Shown here one piece after another: positions 51,531-64,000 of a stretch of 64,000 nt of DNA (positions within the stretch are counted from its first letter, which is position 1; each line of letters opens with the position of its first letter). The stretch comes from Octopus sinensis (lineage: Eukaryota): positions 59,644,001 through 59,708,000 of the forward strand of contig NC_042999.1 in the NCBI RefSeq assembly GCF_006345805.1, read 5' to 3'. The notes beneath the pieces were generated by a model, which was not told where the DNA came from, did no database searches, and saw only the letters and a list, made by a program, of their open reading frames with translations. The translations under genes and the position numbers were made by a program.

Positions 51531-52509
51531 GTGTGTATTTATGTGTGTATGTGTATACATATATATATATATACACACATACTGTCCGATGAACGGTAAC
51601 AGCTTTTGTGAAATTTCTGCTGCTTTTAAATAAAGCATATTACTCTAACTCTGGTATTTGAGTACTCTTTTTTCCACCTTGTTTCACATTTATGTGTTTA
51701 CTCCGGTATATACACACATAGACATATACACACACATATATATACATACACACACACACATGTATATATATATACATCTATGTGTATTTATGTGTGTATG
51801 TATAGATATATATATATATGTATGTATATATAAACACATATACATATGCACGCGCATAAATACATATTAAATACATACTCACACACAAATACATACATAT
51901 ATATATATATACATACATATATGCGTACACGTTCACAGGGTGATTAACTGAATAAGAATAAGGATTCTTCCGTCGCTGTGTACAATTGAGAAAACGAATA
52001 ACGAAACACTGGAGAGAAAACGCTCCATGTTCCGTGATACCTTTGTTTTCACAAGGGAGCGAATATCTTATTTATCTACGCGTACATGTAAGCTTGTGGC
52101 TGTGTGTATGTGTGTTGTTGCCCCGTATGTATGATGTGTGTGTATTTGTGCGTGTGATTGTGTTTATGTGTGTTGTGTAATTCTATAACGTAATCTAATT
52201 TTTTTTTTTTTTTTTTTTTACATCTTTTTCGGTTTTCCTTGCACATTTTTCACGCCTGGATTACTGAATGATTACAAGTACGTCTGACGTTTTTATTTTG
52301 TTTCGTTTCGTTAACAAAAATTGAAGTTAAGACAAAAATTGCTGAATTACAACAAAACCCTTGGTGACGGACGAGCAGGAAAGGCAAAATGTCATGCCGA
52401 CATTTCAAGCGGAGGAAATTAAGCAACCAATCCATTAATTTTCTTCTTTCCCTCTTTCCTTCCTCCCTTCTTTTTCCTTTTCTTTTACTTTTAAATTCAT
52501 TTTATTTTG

Positions 52510-52523
52510 CGCGCTGACGACGA

Positions 52524-52557
<34 letters not shown>

Positions 52558-52643
52558 GGTGGTGGTGGTTGTGATGATGATGGTGATGATGATGATGATG
52601 GTGATGATGATGGTGATGACGATGATGATGATGATGATGACGG

Positions 52644-52675
<32 letters not shown>

Positions 52676-52765
52676 ATGATGATGGTGGTGGTAGTGATGA
52701 TGATGATGATGGGGATGATGACGTTGGTGATGGTAATGATGATGATGGTGATGATGATGATGGTG

Positions 52766-52816
<51 letters not shown>

Positions 52817-52905
52817 ATGATGATGATGATGATGATGATGAATGGTGATGATGGGGATGATGACGTTGGTGATGGTGATGATGATGATGGTGATGATGAT
52901 GATGG

Positions 52906-52975
<70 letters not shown>

Positions 52976-53160
52976 GGTGGTGGTGGTGATGATGATGGTG
53001 GTGGTGGTGATGATGATGATGGGGATCAAGACGTTGGTGATGGTAATGATGATGATGGTGATGATGATGTCGTTGGTGATGGTGATGATGATGATGGTGA
53101 TGGTGATGACGATGTTGATGATAATGATGTTGATGATGATGATGATGATGATGCAGAGAA
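52510..53160. repeat. (GAT/GGT)n tract with an internal repeated block
   Basis: Visible directly; gggatgatgacgttggtgatggt recurs. Confidence 0.95.
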
Positions 53161-53261
53161 GAAGGAGGAAGAGGAAGGAGAGGAGGATGGAAAAGAGGAG
53201 GAAAGAGAGGAGGGAGAAGTGAAGGAAGAAGATGAGGACGATTATGACGACGACGATAACG

Positions 53262-53917
53262 ATACTCTCTTTTACTCTTTTACTTGTTTCAGTGATTTGA
53301 CTGTGGCCATGCTAGAGCACTGCCTTTAGTCGAGCAAATCGACCCAAGGACTTATTCTTTGTAAGCCTAGTAACTATTCTATCGATCTCTTTGTCGAACC
53401 GCTAAGTTACGAAGACGTAAACACACCAGCATCGGTTATCAAGCGATGTCGGGGGGACAAACACAGACACACAACATACACATATACACATATATACATA
53501 CACATATATGCGACGGGCTTCATTCAGTTGCCTATTTCTTTATTGCCCACAAGGGGTTAAACATAGAGGGGACAAACAAGGACAGACGAAGGGATTAAGT
53601 CGATTAAATCGACCCCAGTGCGTAACTGGTACTTCATTTATCGCCCCCGAAAGGATGAAAGGCAAAGTCGAATTCGGTGGAATTTGAACTCAGAACGTAA
53701 CGGCAGACGAAACGCCGCTAAACATTTCGCCCGGCGTGCTAACGTTTCTGCCAGATCGCCGCCTTCTTTCAGTTTCCGTCTACCAAATCCACTCACAAGG
53801 CTTTGGGCGGCCCGAGGCAATAGTAGAAGAAACTTGCCCAAGTTGTCACGCAGTGGGACTGAGCCCGGAACCATGTGGTTGGTAAGCAAGCTAATTACCA
53901 CACAGCCACTCCTGCGC
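53262..53917 (-). mobile_element. SINE A interrupted by a nested SINE B (53530-53762)
   Basis: The A halves are colinear on either side; duplicated cttc(a/t)ttcagtt at 53518-53529 and 53763-53774. Confidence 0.85.
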
Positions 53918-54054
53918 CGATAACATAGATGATATTGATGATGATGATGATGACGACCGCAACGACAACAACGATGAAAATCACGAAGGTGAAAACGACG
54001 ACAGCGATGACGATGAAGAAAGTGACGCCCATAACCATCAACACGACGACGACG

Positions 54055-54452
54055 AGATGGCAGAAACGTTAGCAGGCCGGACGAAATGCTCAGCAGTATT
54101 TCGTCTGTCTCTACGTTCAAATTCCGCCGAGGTTGACTTTGCTTTTCTGGGTCGATAAATTAAGAATCAGTTACGCACTGAGGTCGATGTAATCGACTTA
54201 ATCCCTTAGTCTGTCCTTGTTTGTCCTCTCTATGCTTAGCCCCTTGTGGGTAATAAAGAAATAAGAAGCGTTAGCACGCCAGGCGAAATACTCAGTGGTA
54301 TTTCGTCTGTCCCTCCTAGCATCGCTTGACAGCCGATGCTGGTGTCTTTACGTCCCCGTAACTTACAAAGAATAAGTCCTGGGGTCGATTTGTTCGACTA
54401 AAGGCGGTGCTCCAGCATGGCCACACTCAAATGGCTGAAACAAGTAAAAGAG
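54055..54452 (+). mobile_element. SINE B, then a second B head fused to a SINE A 3' half
   Basis: gaaataagaagcgttagcacgcc...tttcgtctgtccc|tcctagcatcgcttgacag...ccagcatggcc. Confidence 0.75.
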
Positions 54453-54954
54453 TTATATATATATATAAATACATATATATATACGAGTTTACCTTTTCCT
54501 AGAAGGAAGACCTTGCGACGTCTAGGGGTCCCTCTCTCCTAGCCGTTAACATGCTAGTTAATCACAATCTTTCGATTATGAGTCCAACACCTTAACCTCT
54601 AACTCATGCACCTGCACTCGCATACTTGCTCACAAATCATTAACCAACTTGAAGCCGTTTTGGGTGGGGTTACTTGCCAATATGCCGTACTGTGGAAATC
54701 ATGCCCGGATCCATATAATTTCGAATAGAATTCCCACTGCATACACATTTTTCATAGTAAAGGATTGAATTCAGCATGTGAGAAGAAAAGAAAAGACTAA
54801 ACCGATTTCACACAGTAATCTACTTTAATCTTCCGAGCTAAAAACCTTGAGTAAAGATAAATTGTAACTCTTAGGATCGAATAAGAAACTCTTCGGCTTT
54901 GGTTTTTCTCTTATATCTTCTCGACTCGGCTACCGTAGCTGCACCTCCTCTACC

Positions 54955-55180
54955 TATTTCTTTACTACCCACAAGGGGCTAAACATAGAGGGGACAAATA
55001 AGGACAGACAAACGGATTAAGTCGATTATATTGACCCCAGTGCGTAACTGGTACTTAAGTTATCGACCCCGAAAGGATGAAAGGCAAAGTCGACCTCGGC
55101 TGAATTTGAACTCAGAACGTAACGGCAGACGGTATACGGCTACGCATTTCGTCCGGCGTGCCAACGTTTCTGCCAGCTCG
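54955..55180 (-). mobile_element. SINE B monomer, tail type 1
   Basis: Consensus match. Confidence 0.85.
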
Positions 55181-55249
55181 TGTGACCTTTTTGAGAATTA
55201 TAGGCGCAGGCATTGATGTGTGGTTGCCTTACAGGCCAAGATCAGTATC

Positions 55250-55675
55250 AAAATTCTAAGTAGCTGATATTGCAACCACTTGGTTTCAAGTTCAATCCCA
55301 CTGCAAGGTATTTTGGGCAAGTGTCTTCTACTGTAGCCCTGAGCCAACCAATGCATTGTAAATCAGTTCGATGGCAGAAACTGTGGAATCCCTACGCGTG
55401 CGCAAGCGTGTGTGAGCACGCGTGCGCAAGCTTGTGTGAGCACGCGCGCACGTGTGCTTTAAGTGTCCGTTTCCCTTCTCCCCGACCACCGTTTTACAAC
55501 TGATGTTGGTTTGTCTACGCCCCTGCAACTTAGCGGTTCGATAAAAGAGACTGATAGGATATATACTAAACTTTAAAAAATTTACTATGTACCTGGATCG
55601 ATTTGTTCGACTAAAACCTTCAAGGTAGAGACCGTGCTTGGCCGCAGTCCAATGACTGAAACAAGTAAAAGATAT
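55250..55675 (+). mobile_element. Diverged SINE A
   Basis: Head, body and tail are recognisable, with many substitutions. Confidence 0.7.
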
Positions 55676-55699
55676 TAGATAAAAGATTATCATTTCAGA

Positions 55700-56475
55700 G
55701 ATTTGTTCGGGCCGGGGCGGTGTCCTATGCATAATTTTCTGAAATCTTTGGCCTGGTAGAGTCATCGGGAGGGTTGCCGGTTCGAGACAAGTTCTACAGG
55801 CACGGAAATGCTGTCAGATAAATCTGACCGAGACGTGTGCGGGGTGACAAAACCGTTCTGTATGCACTTGTCCAGTGTCCGGGCACTGCTCACTTGTGGA
55901 CCATTGTCGAACGGCTACTGATGTATGTAAGGCGGATCCGGAATTAGCCAAGTCCATCCTGAAGATCGTCCCGCCGCCTTTTTTGGCCGCTAAGGGAAGG
56001 CAATTTACTTATGTCAGGAGGTTATAGCGAAAGAAATAGTGTGGTAAACGAGGTTGAAAGAACTGAACAGTGATACTTTCCTTCTTGGCTAAGCCCTCAT
56101 CGACTTTTTCAAGTTCCACTTGAAAAGGGAAGTGAGGGTGGAGAGAGAAGCACTGTCTCCAGTTTTTGGTTATTTTTTTTTAAGGGTGGGTGAATTTGGC
56201 GAGGATGGCCCGTATGAATGGGCTTACTCTGATCATACGCTTGTAAACCAGAGGAGTCGAGAATGAGAGAGGCACCTGCTGAGGTACCCCTGGCGGTCGA
56301 GGTAACCATGATGTGTGGGGTTCCTAAGTTGTGCCTCAGAAGAACTCCCTACTTATGCAGAATGTTATTGTTGAATTTTTGCTGTTAATTATTCTTGTTT
56401 CCTTTTTTCTTTTATACATGAATTTTTGTGCTAAGACTCACTTGTCCTTTATGTTGTGTTGCATTGTCCCCTTTT
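55700..56475 (+). mobile_element. Degenerate Tx1-clade 3' fragment
   Basis: FGPG...FLKSLAW...LPVRDKFYRHG...DKTVLYALVQC; UTR ends ttgcattgtcccctttt. Confidence 0.75.
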
Positions 56476-56870
56476 GAGCTGGCAGAATCGGTAGTACGCC
56501 GGACGAAATTCTTTGCGTTCTGAGTTCAAATTCCGCCGAGGTCCACTTTGCCTTTCATCCTTTCGGGGTCGATTAAATAAGCACCAGTTACGCACTGGGG
56601 TCGATACAATCGACTTAATCCCTTTGTTCTTGTTTGTCCACTCTATGTTTAACCCCTTGTGGGTAGTAAAGAAATAGGTATTTCATCTGCCGCTACGTTC
56701 TGAGTTCAAATTCCGCCGAGGTTGACTTTTCTTTTCATCCTTTCAGGGTCGATGAAATAAGTACCAGTTGAGTACTGGGATCGATATAATCGACTATCCT
56801 CCTCTCCCAAATTTCAGGCCTTGTGCCTATAATAGAAAGGATTTTGTGCTCGACCCTTGTGGCCAATAAA
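56476..56870 (+). mobile_element. SINE B dimer (type 1 unit followed by type 2 tail)
   Basis: Junction aaagaaatag|gtatttcatctg; final tail ggccttgtgcctataatagaaaggattt. Confidence 0.87.
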
Positions 56871-57359
56871 GGAAAGATTATTCCACAGATATCCTTTAAA
56901 GCTACCAACATAACCACCCGAGCAATTGACAGGAACTCACACACCTGCCGATCAGCTACCACTTACATTCGACCGTTTGGACTGATATTACGTTCTCACT
57001 CTTAGACACCGCATAAAGTTCATTCCATGTGTGTATGTGTGTAAATGAACATGCATGTGTACATGTGTGTGTACATGTGTGTAAGAGTATATCTGTATGT
57101 GCGTGTGAGTCTGTGTAGATGTGTTGCTTTATGAGGATGTAATAACTAGTGGTGATGTGCAAGTTCGCGAATATGTAGTCGATAACCTAATAAAGGGCCT
57201 TAATAAAAGATATCTTGTTTAAAGGGACATAATAAAGACATCATTAACATCATTCAAATGTTTTGCTGTTATCATCTTCCGGCGGTTTCCACAACAGGTT
57301 TTTGTTAAGTAAACAAAAAGGATATCAAATATTAAAAATACATCAAAAGGCCCTCGCTA

Positions 57360-57425
57360 AAGTGCGTGTGTGTGTGTGTTTGTGGTGTGTGTGTGTGTGT
57401 ATGTGTGTATGTGTGTGTGTGTGTA

Positions 57426-57456
<31 letters not shown>

Positions 57457-57584
57457 ACGTATAGATACAGGTATACATACATACGTATATAGTGTACGTG
57501 CATGAGTATGAGGTTAGGAATCTATAGATGTGTGTATGTATGTGTACATATACATACATGCATATATATATGTATATATATATA

Positions 57585-57622
<38 letters not shown>

Positions 57623-58179
57623 GTATATGTGTGTGTGTATATATGTACATTTGTCTCACTTCCTCTCTCTCTCTCCAAATGTACATATATACATACACAC
57701 ACACACACATACATATATATATACATACATATGCATGCAAATACGTGCTTGTAGAGGTACAGATACGTACATACAAAATCCAAACACATGAATACATATA
57801 TATATACACATATATGTGTGTGTGTACATATACATACATATATACATATATGTGTGTGTGTACATATATATACATATATACATATGTGTGTGTACATATC
57901 TATACATATATGTGTGTGTACATATATATACATATATACATATGTGTGTGTACATATATATACGTATATACATATATGTGTGTGTACATATATACATATA
58001 TGTGTGTGTACATATATATACATATAAACATATGTGTATGTGTACTTATATATATATATGTATGTGTGTGCGTATATATATATACATATATGTGCGTATA
58101 GGTTTGTGTGTTTTCATATATAAGACATACATGCATCTACGTGCATTTATATGTATAAACAAGATGTGTGTGTGTTGTT

Positions 58180-58226
<47 letters not shown>

Positions 58227-58230
58227 ACTC
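57360..58230. repeat. (TG)/(TA)n field with a tacatata...tgtgtg higher-order minisatellite
   Basis: Visible directly. Confidence 0.95.
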
Positions 58231-58811
58231 ACGCACATTATAGTTTCATTTCTTTAATTTATATGCTGATTTGAAAGTTCCAATCTTGTTGTTGTTTTTT
58301 TTATTTTATTGTTATTGTTGTTGCCATTATTATTATTCATATTATTATTATTATTATCATCATTTTGTTTTGTTTTAAGTTTACATTTTTTTTTCTCCTT
58401 CTTCTCTGCAAGTATATTGGATTGATGAAGGTTTCTACTGATAACTTTAAGCTTTCAGTGACAATTCGCCTTTATTAATTACCGCTTGACGGATTCTTAT
58501 TTCACTTTCTTAATTACAGTTGACAGCTTGCAAGGGTAAAACTAGGAATAATCATGACGTTTTAATGAGATTCCTGGTTCTATTGGAAAGTCTTCGCGGC
58601 AGGGTGCCAAACCACAGACATTAAAATGTGAAATATGTAACCATGCAAAATGGACAGTTGGTTTCTTGGTTAGTGAAGGGAGAAAATAGTATTTTTAAAA
58701 AATAATAAAGTAATGGAAAGAATATACAGCGAAAAATACGAAAAATAGTGCACAAAATCTCGTAAATATTTAGTTCATACAAAATGACGGTTAACGTGTA
58801 AGCAACAAAAG

Positions 58812-59230
58812 ATGGCGAGCTGGCCGGAACTTTAGCATACGGGCGAAATGCTTAGCCGTATTTCGTCTGCCGTTACGTTCTGAGTTCAAATTCCGCCGAG
58901 GTCGACTTAGCCTTTCATCCTTTCGAGGTCGATAAATTAAGTACCAGTTACCCACTGGGGTCGATGTAATCGACTTAATTCGTTTGTCTGTCCTTGTTTG
59001 TCCCCTCTGTGTTTAGCCCCTTGTGGACAATAAAGAAATAGGAAACGTTAGCGCGGCGGATAAAAATGCTTTGTGGTAGTTCTTCTAGCTCTTTATATAC
59101 TGAGTTCAATTTCCACCGAGGTCGAGGTTTGTCTTTCGTTCTTTCAGAGGTCAACATCATAAAGTACCAATCAAGTACTAGGGTCGATGTAATCAATTTC
59201 CCATCTCCATAAAACCACTTGTCTAGTACC
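58812..59230 (+). mobile_element. SINE B dimer
   Basis: Junction gaaatag|gaaacgttagc; the second unit is diverged. Confidence 0.8.
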
Positions 59231-59266
59231 AAATTTAGAATGAAGTGTATGACAACAACAAAAAAG

Positions 59267-59672
59267 CTAGCGCAGAAGTGGCTGTGTGGTAAGTAGCTTG
59301 CTTACCAACCACATGGTCCCGGGTTCAGTCTCACTGCGTGGCACCTTGGGCAAGTGTCTTCTAATTTAGCCTAGGGCCGACCAAAGCCTCGTGAGTGGAT
59401 TTGGTAGACGGAAACTGAAAGATGCCAGTCGTATATATGTATGTATATATATGAGTGTGTGTTTGTGTATCTGTGTTTGTCCCCCCAACATCGCTTGACA
59501 ACCGATGCTGGTGTGTTTACGTCCCCGTAACCTAGCGGTTCGGCAAAAGATACCAATAGAATAAGTACTAGGCTTACAAGGAATAAGTCCTGGGGTCGAT
59601 TTGCTCGACTAAAGGTGGTGCTCCAGCATGGCTGCAGTCAAATGACTGAAACAAGTAAAAGTGTAAAAGAGA
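59267..59672 (+). mobile_element. SINE A, full length
   Basis: Consensus match. Confidence 0.9.
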
Positions 59673-59699
59673 AAGAGTTAAGAGAACCTGATGAAATTA

Positions 59700-60330
59700 C
59701 CTTGCTGCATTTCTTCTGGCTCTTTACTTCTGAGTTCAAATTCTGCAGAGGTCGCCTTTGCCTTTTTACCTTTCAAGGTCGATAAGACAAACATATAAAG
59801 TACCAGTTATGTACTGGGTTGATGTAATCGACTTAATCCGTGTGTCTGTCCTTGTTTGACCCTTCTGTGTTTAGCCCCTTGTGGGCAATAAAGAAATATA
59901 TATACATCAAGGGAAGGCGGCGAACCGGCATAATCGTTAGCATGCCAGGCAATATGCTTAGCTGCATTTCGTCAGGTCTTTACGTTCTGAGCTCAAATTC
60001 AGCCGAAGTCGACTTTACCTTTCATTGCAAAAATAAGCATCAGTTGAGCACTAAGGTCAATGTAATCGACTAGCCCCCTCCCACAAAATTTCAGGCCTTG
60101 TGCCGATAACAGAAAGGATTATGTACATTAAAACGGCAAGCTGGTAGAAACGTTAACGCGTTCAGATAAAACGCTTCGTAGGATTTTCAAATTCCGGCCA
60201 AATTGACCTTGTCTTTCATTCTTTAGAGACCGATAAATTAAGTCCCACTCATTTTATGCTGGTATCTGTAAAATCAACTTGCCCTCCCACACACACACAC
60301 ACTCTCAAAATTGTTAGCCTGAGTCAAAAT
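59700..60330 (+). mobile_element. Three SINE B units (type 1, type 2, degenerate)
   Basis: Cores near 59745, 60005 and 60200. Confidence 0.75.
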
Positions 60331-61589
60331 TAGAAAGAATTGTATATATCATTATCAGACGGAACCGGCTCTATTTGGCTTTATCAATCTCTTACTTTTA
60401 AACTTAACCCAATCATAGAATGATGTAAAGCACTTTCGTTGTATTTGTCACTCAGATCCATATCATCTCGAACTTCTATCATCAAACTTATTATACTTGT
60501 GTTACCCACTTCACAAGCATCATTGGGTAAGTTTCATCATCTAAATTTGATTAAGTTTATCTGGACTTTACCTAAACTTCTGGTCAGAATGTAAGATTTC
60601 CCAAACCACACCTTTTGCACAAGACAACCCAACGGAGACTGAAACTGTTCAGATACTCTGCTTCTCAATGTGAAAAATCATTTCTTCTTGGTTCTGGTCC
60701 TCGCTCTCATTGCCCCTTTCATATCTTCACATGACCCCACGCAGATCTAAAGATCATTGCTACTCTATTCAGGTGTCTGCCAGGACGCCCTGGCATCGAT
60801 CACCTTCGGGTGGTGCTTTTTGCATGCCTCACCTTTAGATATTCCACTACTCTAGAACTGGGAGAAATTTAGAAACCAAAGAAAACTTTACACACCTTTG
60901 ATGTTTTCTTTGAAAAGATATGTTTGCTATACGAAATTTCAGTTATTTGCTGCAGAATTTTCATTTTTACTTTATATTTGGATACTTTGGCCATAAACGT
61001 TCCTAGTCATGAAAGAAAAAAGAGGATGGAGCATATTTCAATTCAGAGGAGTCTTGTGGGGGAAGTGGATGCTGTGACATGCAGAACAGTAATGTAAAAT
61101 TTACCTCTTTAAAGTGCTTTGTTGCCTGTATCAATTTAAAAACCCGTTTTCAACTGCTGTTGTACGACGCTTATAGAATATCGATAATTTAAGACTACCA
61201 TTTAAACCATGTTACAACACCTCCCGTTTTCTCCGTGTAGCTGAAGGTGTCATAACTACGCTCCGTATTTCTTTTCTTGCATGATAAGGGATTTTTTGAT
61301 GCTAAAATATCGAAATATGATGTAGAAGTGTGAACCATTGTTTTTTATATTTTGCTTTCAATGTTAGATTTTTAACTTGAATTGTTGTGGCTTTCTTATT
61401 TCCCTGCAACACTGTTTTACACATAATGCATTACAGCATTGTAAAGATGAAAGTTAAAGATGACCTCCTCGGCATCTAAACCCAGAGCATACAGCGAAGT
61501 AACAAAAACTGCAACGCAATTTGTCCTATGCGCTAACAACTCTGCTCATCAACTACCTCTCATAGTTTATATAACCATTATCAATGGAT

Positions 61590-61790
61590 CCGCGTTTCTC
61601 AGTGGGTAGGGTATCCAGCCCATGATCCTAAGGTTGGGATTTCGATTCCAAGCTGCGCGTTCTGCCCTTGAACAAGACATATTTTTCATGTGCCTGCAGT
61701 CTACTCATCTGGCAAAAATGTGTTGTACTTGTATATTAAAGGTTAGCCTTCTGTGTCACGCTGAATCTCCCTGAGAACTACGTTAAGGGT
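61590..61790 (+). mobile_element. Diverged partial SINE D
   Basis: Matches 11519-11740. Confidence 0.65.
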
Positions 61791-61856
61791 CCCAGTGAAC
61801 CATTATTTAGTATGAATCAACACTTTACGAGATTTTTGTGCAATATTTTTCATGTT

Positions 61857-62200
61857 TTTATTACCTCTGCCTTAGCAAAGGTGGAGGTATTGTTTTCAGT
61901 CGTGTTTGTTTGTCTGTCCGTGGACAAGATATCTCAAGAACCGCCGGATGGATTCGGATGAAACTTTCAGGGATGTTTGACCTCGTAACTGGCACGAACT
62001 GATTTGATTTTGGAATCGATCTGGTACCGGACAAGGATTCTGGATTATTTTCCCTGTTTTTTTTACTTACTGTTTGAGAGCGGCCGGGTTAATTTTTAGT
62101 ATTCTCGGATATTCTCATTTTAAAAATCATCTCTGGCTAATCGTTGAGAGGACGTTGGTGTTGCCTTGGCAGAGGTTTGTGCTCTCTGAGTGCTCTTGTT
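61857..62200 (+). mobile_element. Helentron-associated non-autonomous element (HINE/DINE-1-like)
   Basis: Starts in a T-run, ttattacctctgcc, with 5' hairpin acctctgcc...ggtggaggt and a gtttgtttgtctgt microsatellite. Subterminal inverted repeat ggcagaggt at 62168-62176, then a short 3' hairpin gctctctgagt. Confidence 0.7.
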
Positions 62201-62286
62201 ATACATTACTATGATATTTACACAAACTACATAACACACGTATTCACTCTTACACTGGCTTATACAAACGTAATACTTCTCCATGC

Positions 62287-62670
62287 GTGGAGGCGCAATG
62301 GCCCAGTGGTTAAGGCAGCGGACTCGCGGTCATAGGATCGCGGTTTCGATTCCCAGACCGGGCGTTGTGAGTGTTTATTGAGCGAAAACACCTAAAGCTC
62401 CACGAGGCTCCGGCAGGGGATGGTGGTGATCCCTGCTGTACTCTTTCACCACAACTTTCTCTCACTCTTACTTCCTGTTTCTGTTGTACCTGTATTTCAA
62501 AGGGCCGGCCTTGTCACTCTCTGTGTCATGCTGAATATCCCCGAGAACTACGTTAAGGGTACACGTGTCTGTGGAGTGCTCAGCCACTTACACGTTAATT
62601 TCACGAGCAGGCTGTTCCGTTGATTCGGATCAACCGGAACCCTCATCGTCGTAACCGACGGAGTGCTTCC
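62287..62670 (+). mobile_element. Chimeric SINE: family C head and 5' body with family D 3' half
   Basis: C-type to ~62480, then ttgtacctgtatttcaaaggg...gtcgtaaccgacggagtg as in 11660-11840. Confidence 0.85.
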
Positions 62671-62997
62671 CAGTACAACTTCATCGCTGCTTTTCTTTTT
62701 CTTTTATTTCTCGCTCACATCAACTATTTCTCTATTTCACTTAATCCATGCAATATTTTTTTTTACAGATGAAATACTAACTGACGAAAAACTAATTGAT
62801 GAAATACTAACATCAGAAACGTTAAGACACTTTGTCGTTCGATTAAGCTAACGCAATATTCGTTTTGTGAAACTTTATCTCTCCCGTATTGTCCTTTTTT
62901 TATTGTTCGCTGTATTTGCATAAACCCATTATTGTGAGGATATATATGTGTTTGTGCGTGCGCGTGTGCGAGGGTTATATATATATATATATATATA

Positions 62998-64000
62998 CAG
63001 CCTTGGCCAAAAGTATTAGACCACACCCAATGTTTTGGGGTTCTGCTATATCAATGTTAATGAAACTCGTGCGCATGGTAGATTATGGTATAGTTCACAA
63101 TATACATCAGTTTTAATATCTGGATGACCCTTCTTTAGCATCAGTTACCGCTTTTATATAGTTAAGCATTGAATCAGCTAGTTTCTTGCAGGTGCTAGGC
63201 GCAATTTTACTCCATTCTCCTTTCAACATTTGATACAAATGCTCTTTATTGTTAATTGTTGTTTTTCTTATAGCTTCACCAAGAGTTCCCCATAGGTGTT
63301 CGATCGGATTTAGATCGGGATTTTAAGCTGGCTAGTCCATGGGAACAATACCCTGTGTCTCAAACCATTGACGATTATTCTTTGCTGTATGACATGGAGC
63401 GTTGTCTTGTTGAAAGATAACAGTTTTTTTGACACCCTTGGATGCAATTTAGCAATTGATGGCTCTAAAACAAACGATAACATAGAAACATAGGTAGCTG
63501 AATTCTTCCTTGCCTGACATAAAAATACTTCTTCGGGTCCTGTGGCAGACATACAGGACAACACCATGATAGAACCATCTCCATGTTATACGGTTGTTAC
63601 CAGCCTTAAATGCTTCCCCAACTCTGCGATGCACGAAAGTTGCACCAGATGTACTGAAAATCTGGGTAAAAACATGAAAAATAATATTGGCTTTATGTTG
63701 GATACATTTGTATATATTTTGGGCAACAAACCAGTTACATTAAGTTTATATGTTGATTGAATACATATACTATCTTACCTCATAGTTACTTTCATCGGAC
63801 CATATGACTTTCGACCATTGCTCACTGGTCTAATTTTGAGTGCTTTTGGCCCACTGAAGACGTTTTTCCATATTTACTTCAGAAACCCATGGCTTCTTCC
63901 TGGCTTTACAGCCTTTCAGACCGTACTCTACCAGACTTCTTCTAATAGTTCTAGTTGTTAGCTGTGAAGTTCTTGCCTAGCTGAGGTCCGCACAGAGCTC
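62998..64000 (-). mobile_element. Tc1-family (DD34E-type) transposon, degenerate, runs off the window
   Basis: WSKVIWSDES, TVKHGDGSIMV, FQQDNAPCHTAK, PDLNPIEHLW; stop at ~63113; terminal TA|cagccttggccaaaagtattagacc. Confidence 0.9.

Noticed and set aside
60660-60750. Signal-peptide-like stretch KNHFFLVLVLALIAPFISS
   Set aside because: No start codon or splice context, and it stops after a few residues; likely chance.

Overview
Eukaryotic, repeat-saturated, gene-poor window. The SINE families and the heavy AT/GT/AAT/GATA microsatellite load look like an octopus (coleoid cephalopod) genome; this is inferred from the repeat landscape, not checked. Nearly all recognisable sequence is mobile DNA: a Tx1/L1-clade LINE plus two further Tx1 3' fragments, R4/Dong-type RLE LINEs in (AAT)n, RTE and CR1 LINEs, Penelope-like pieces with hammerhead-ribozyme motifs, mariner/Tc1 remnants, a Helentron-type non-autonomous element, and dozens of tRNA-derived SINEs in four families (called A-D here). 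The only host-type coding sequence is an intact 259-aa ARL14EP-like ORF (ARF7EP_C Cys-rich domain; homologues are SETDB1/MET-2 H3K9-methylation cofactors). It sits antisense inside the Tx1 ORF2, splitting it between the endonuclease and RT halves, and is the standout observation. Second, SINE-LINE partnerships can be read directly: SINE B shares its tail with Tx1 3' ends, and SINE A shares its tail and stem-loop with the CR1 3' end. Most ORFs in the supplied track are microsatellite artefacts. SINE and degenerate-element coordinates are by-eye approximations.
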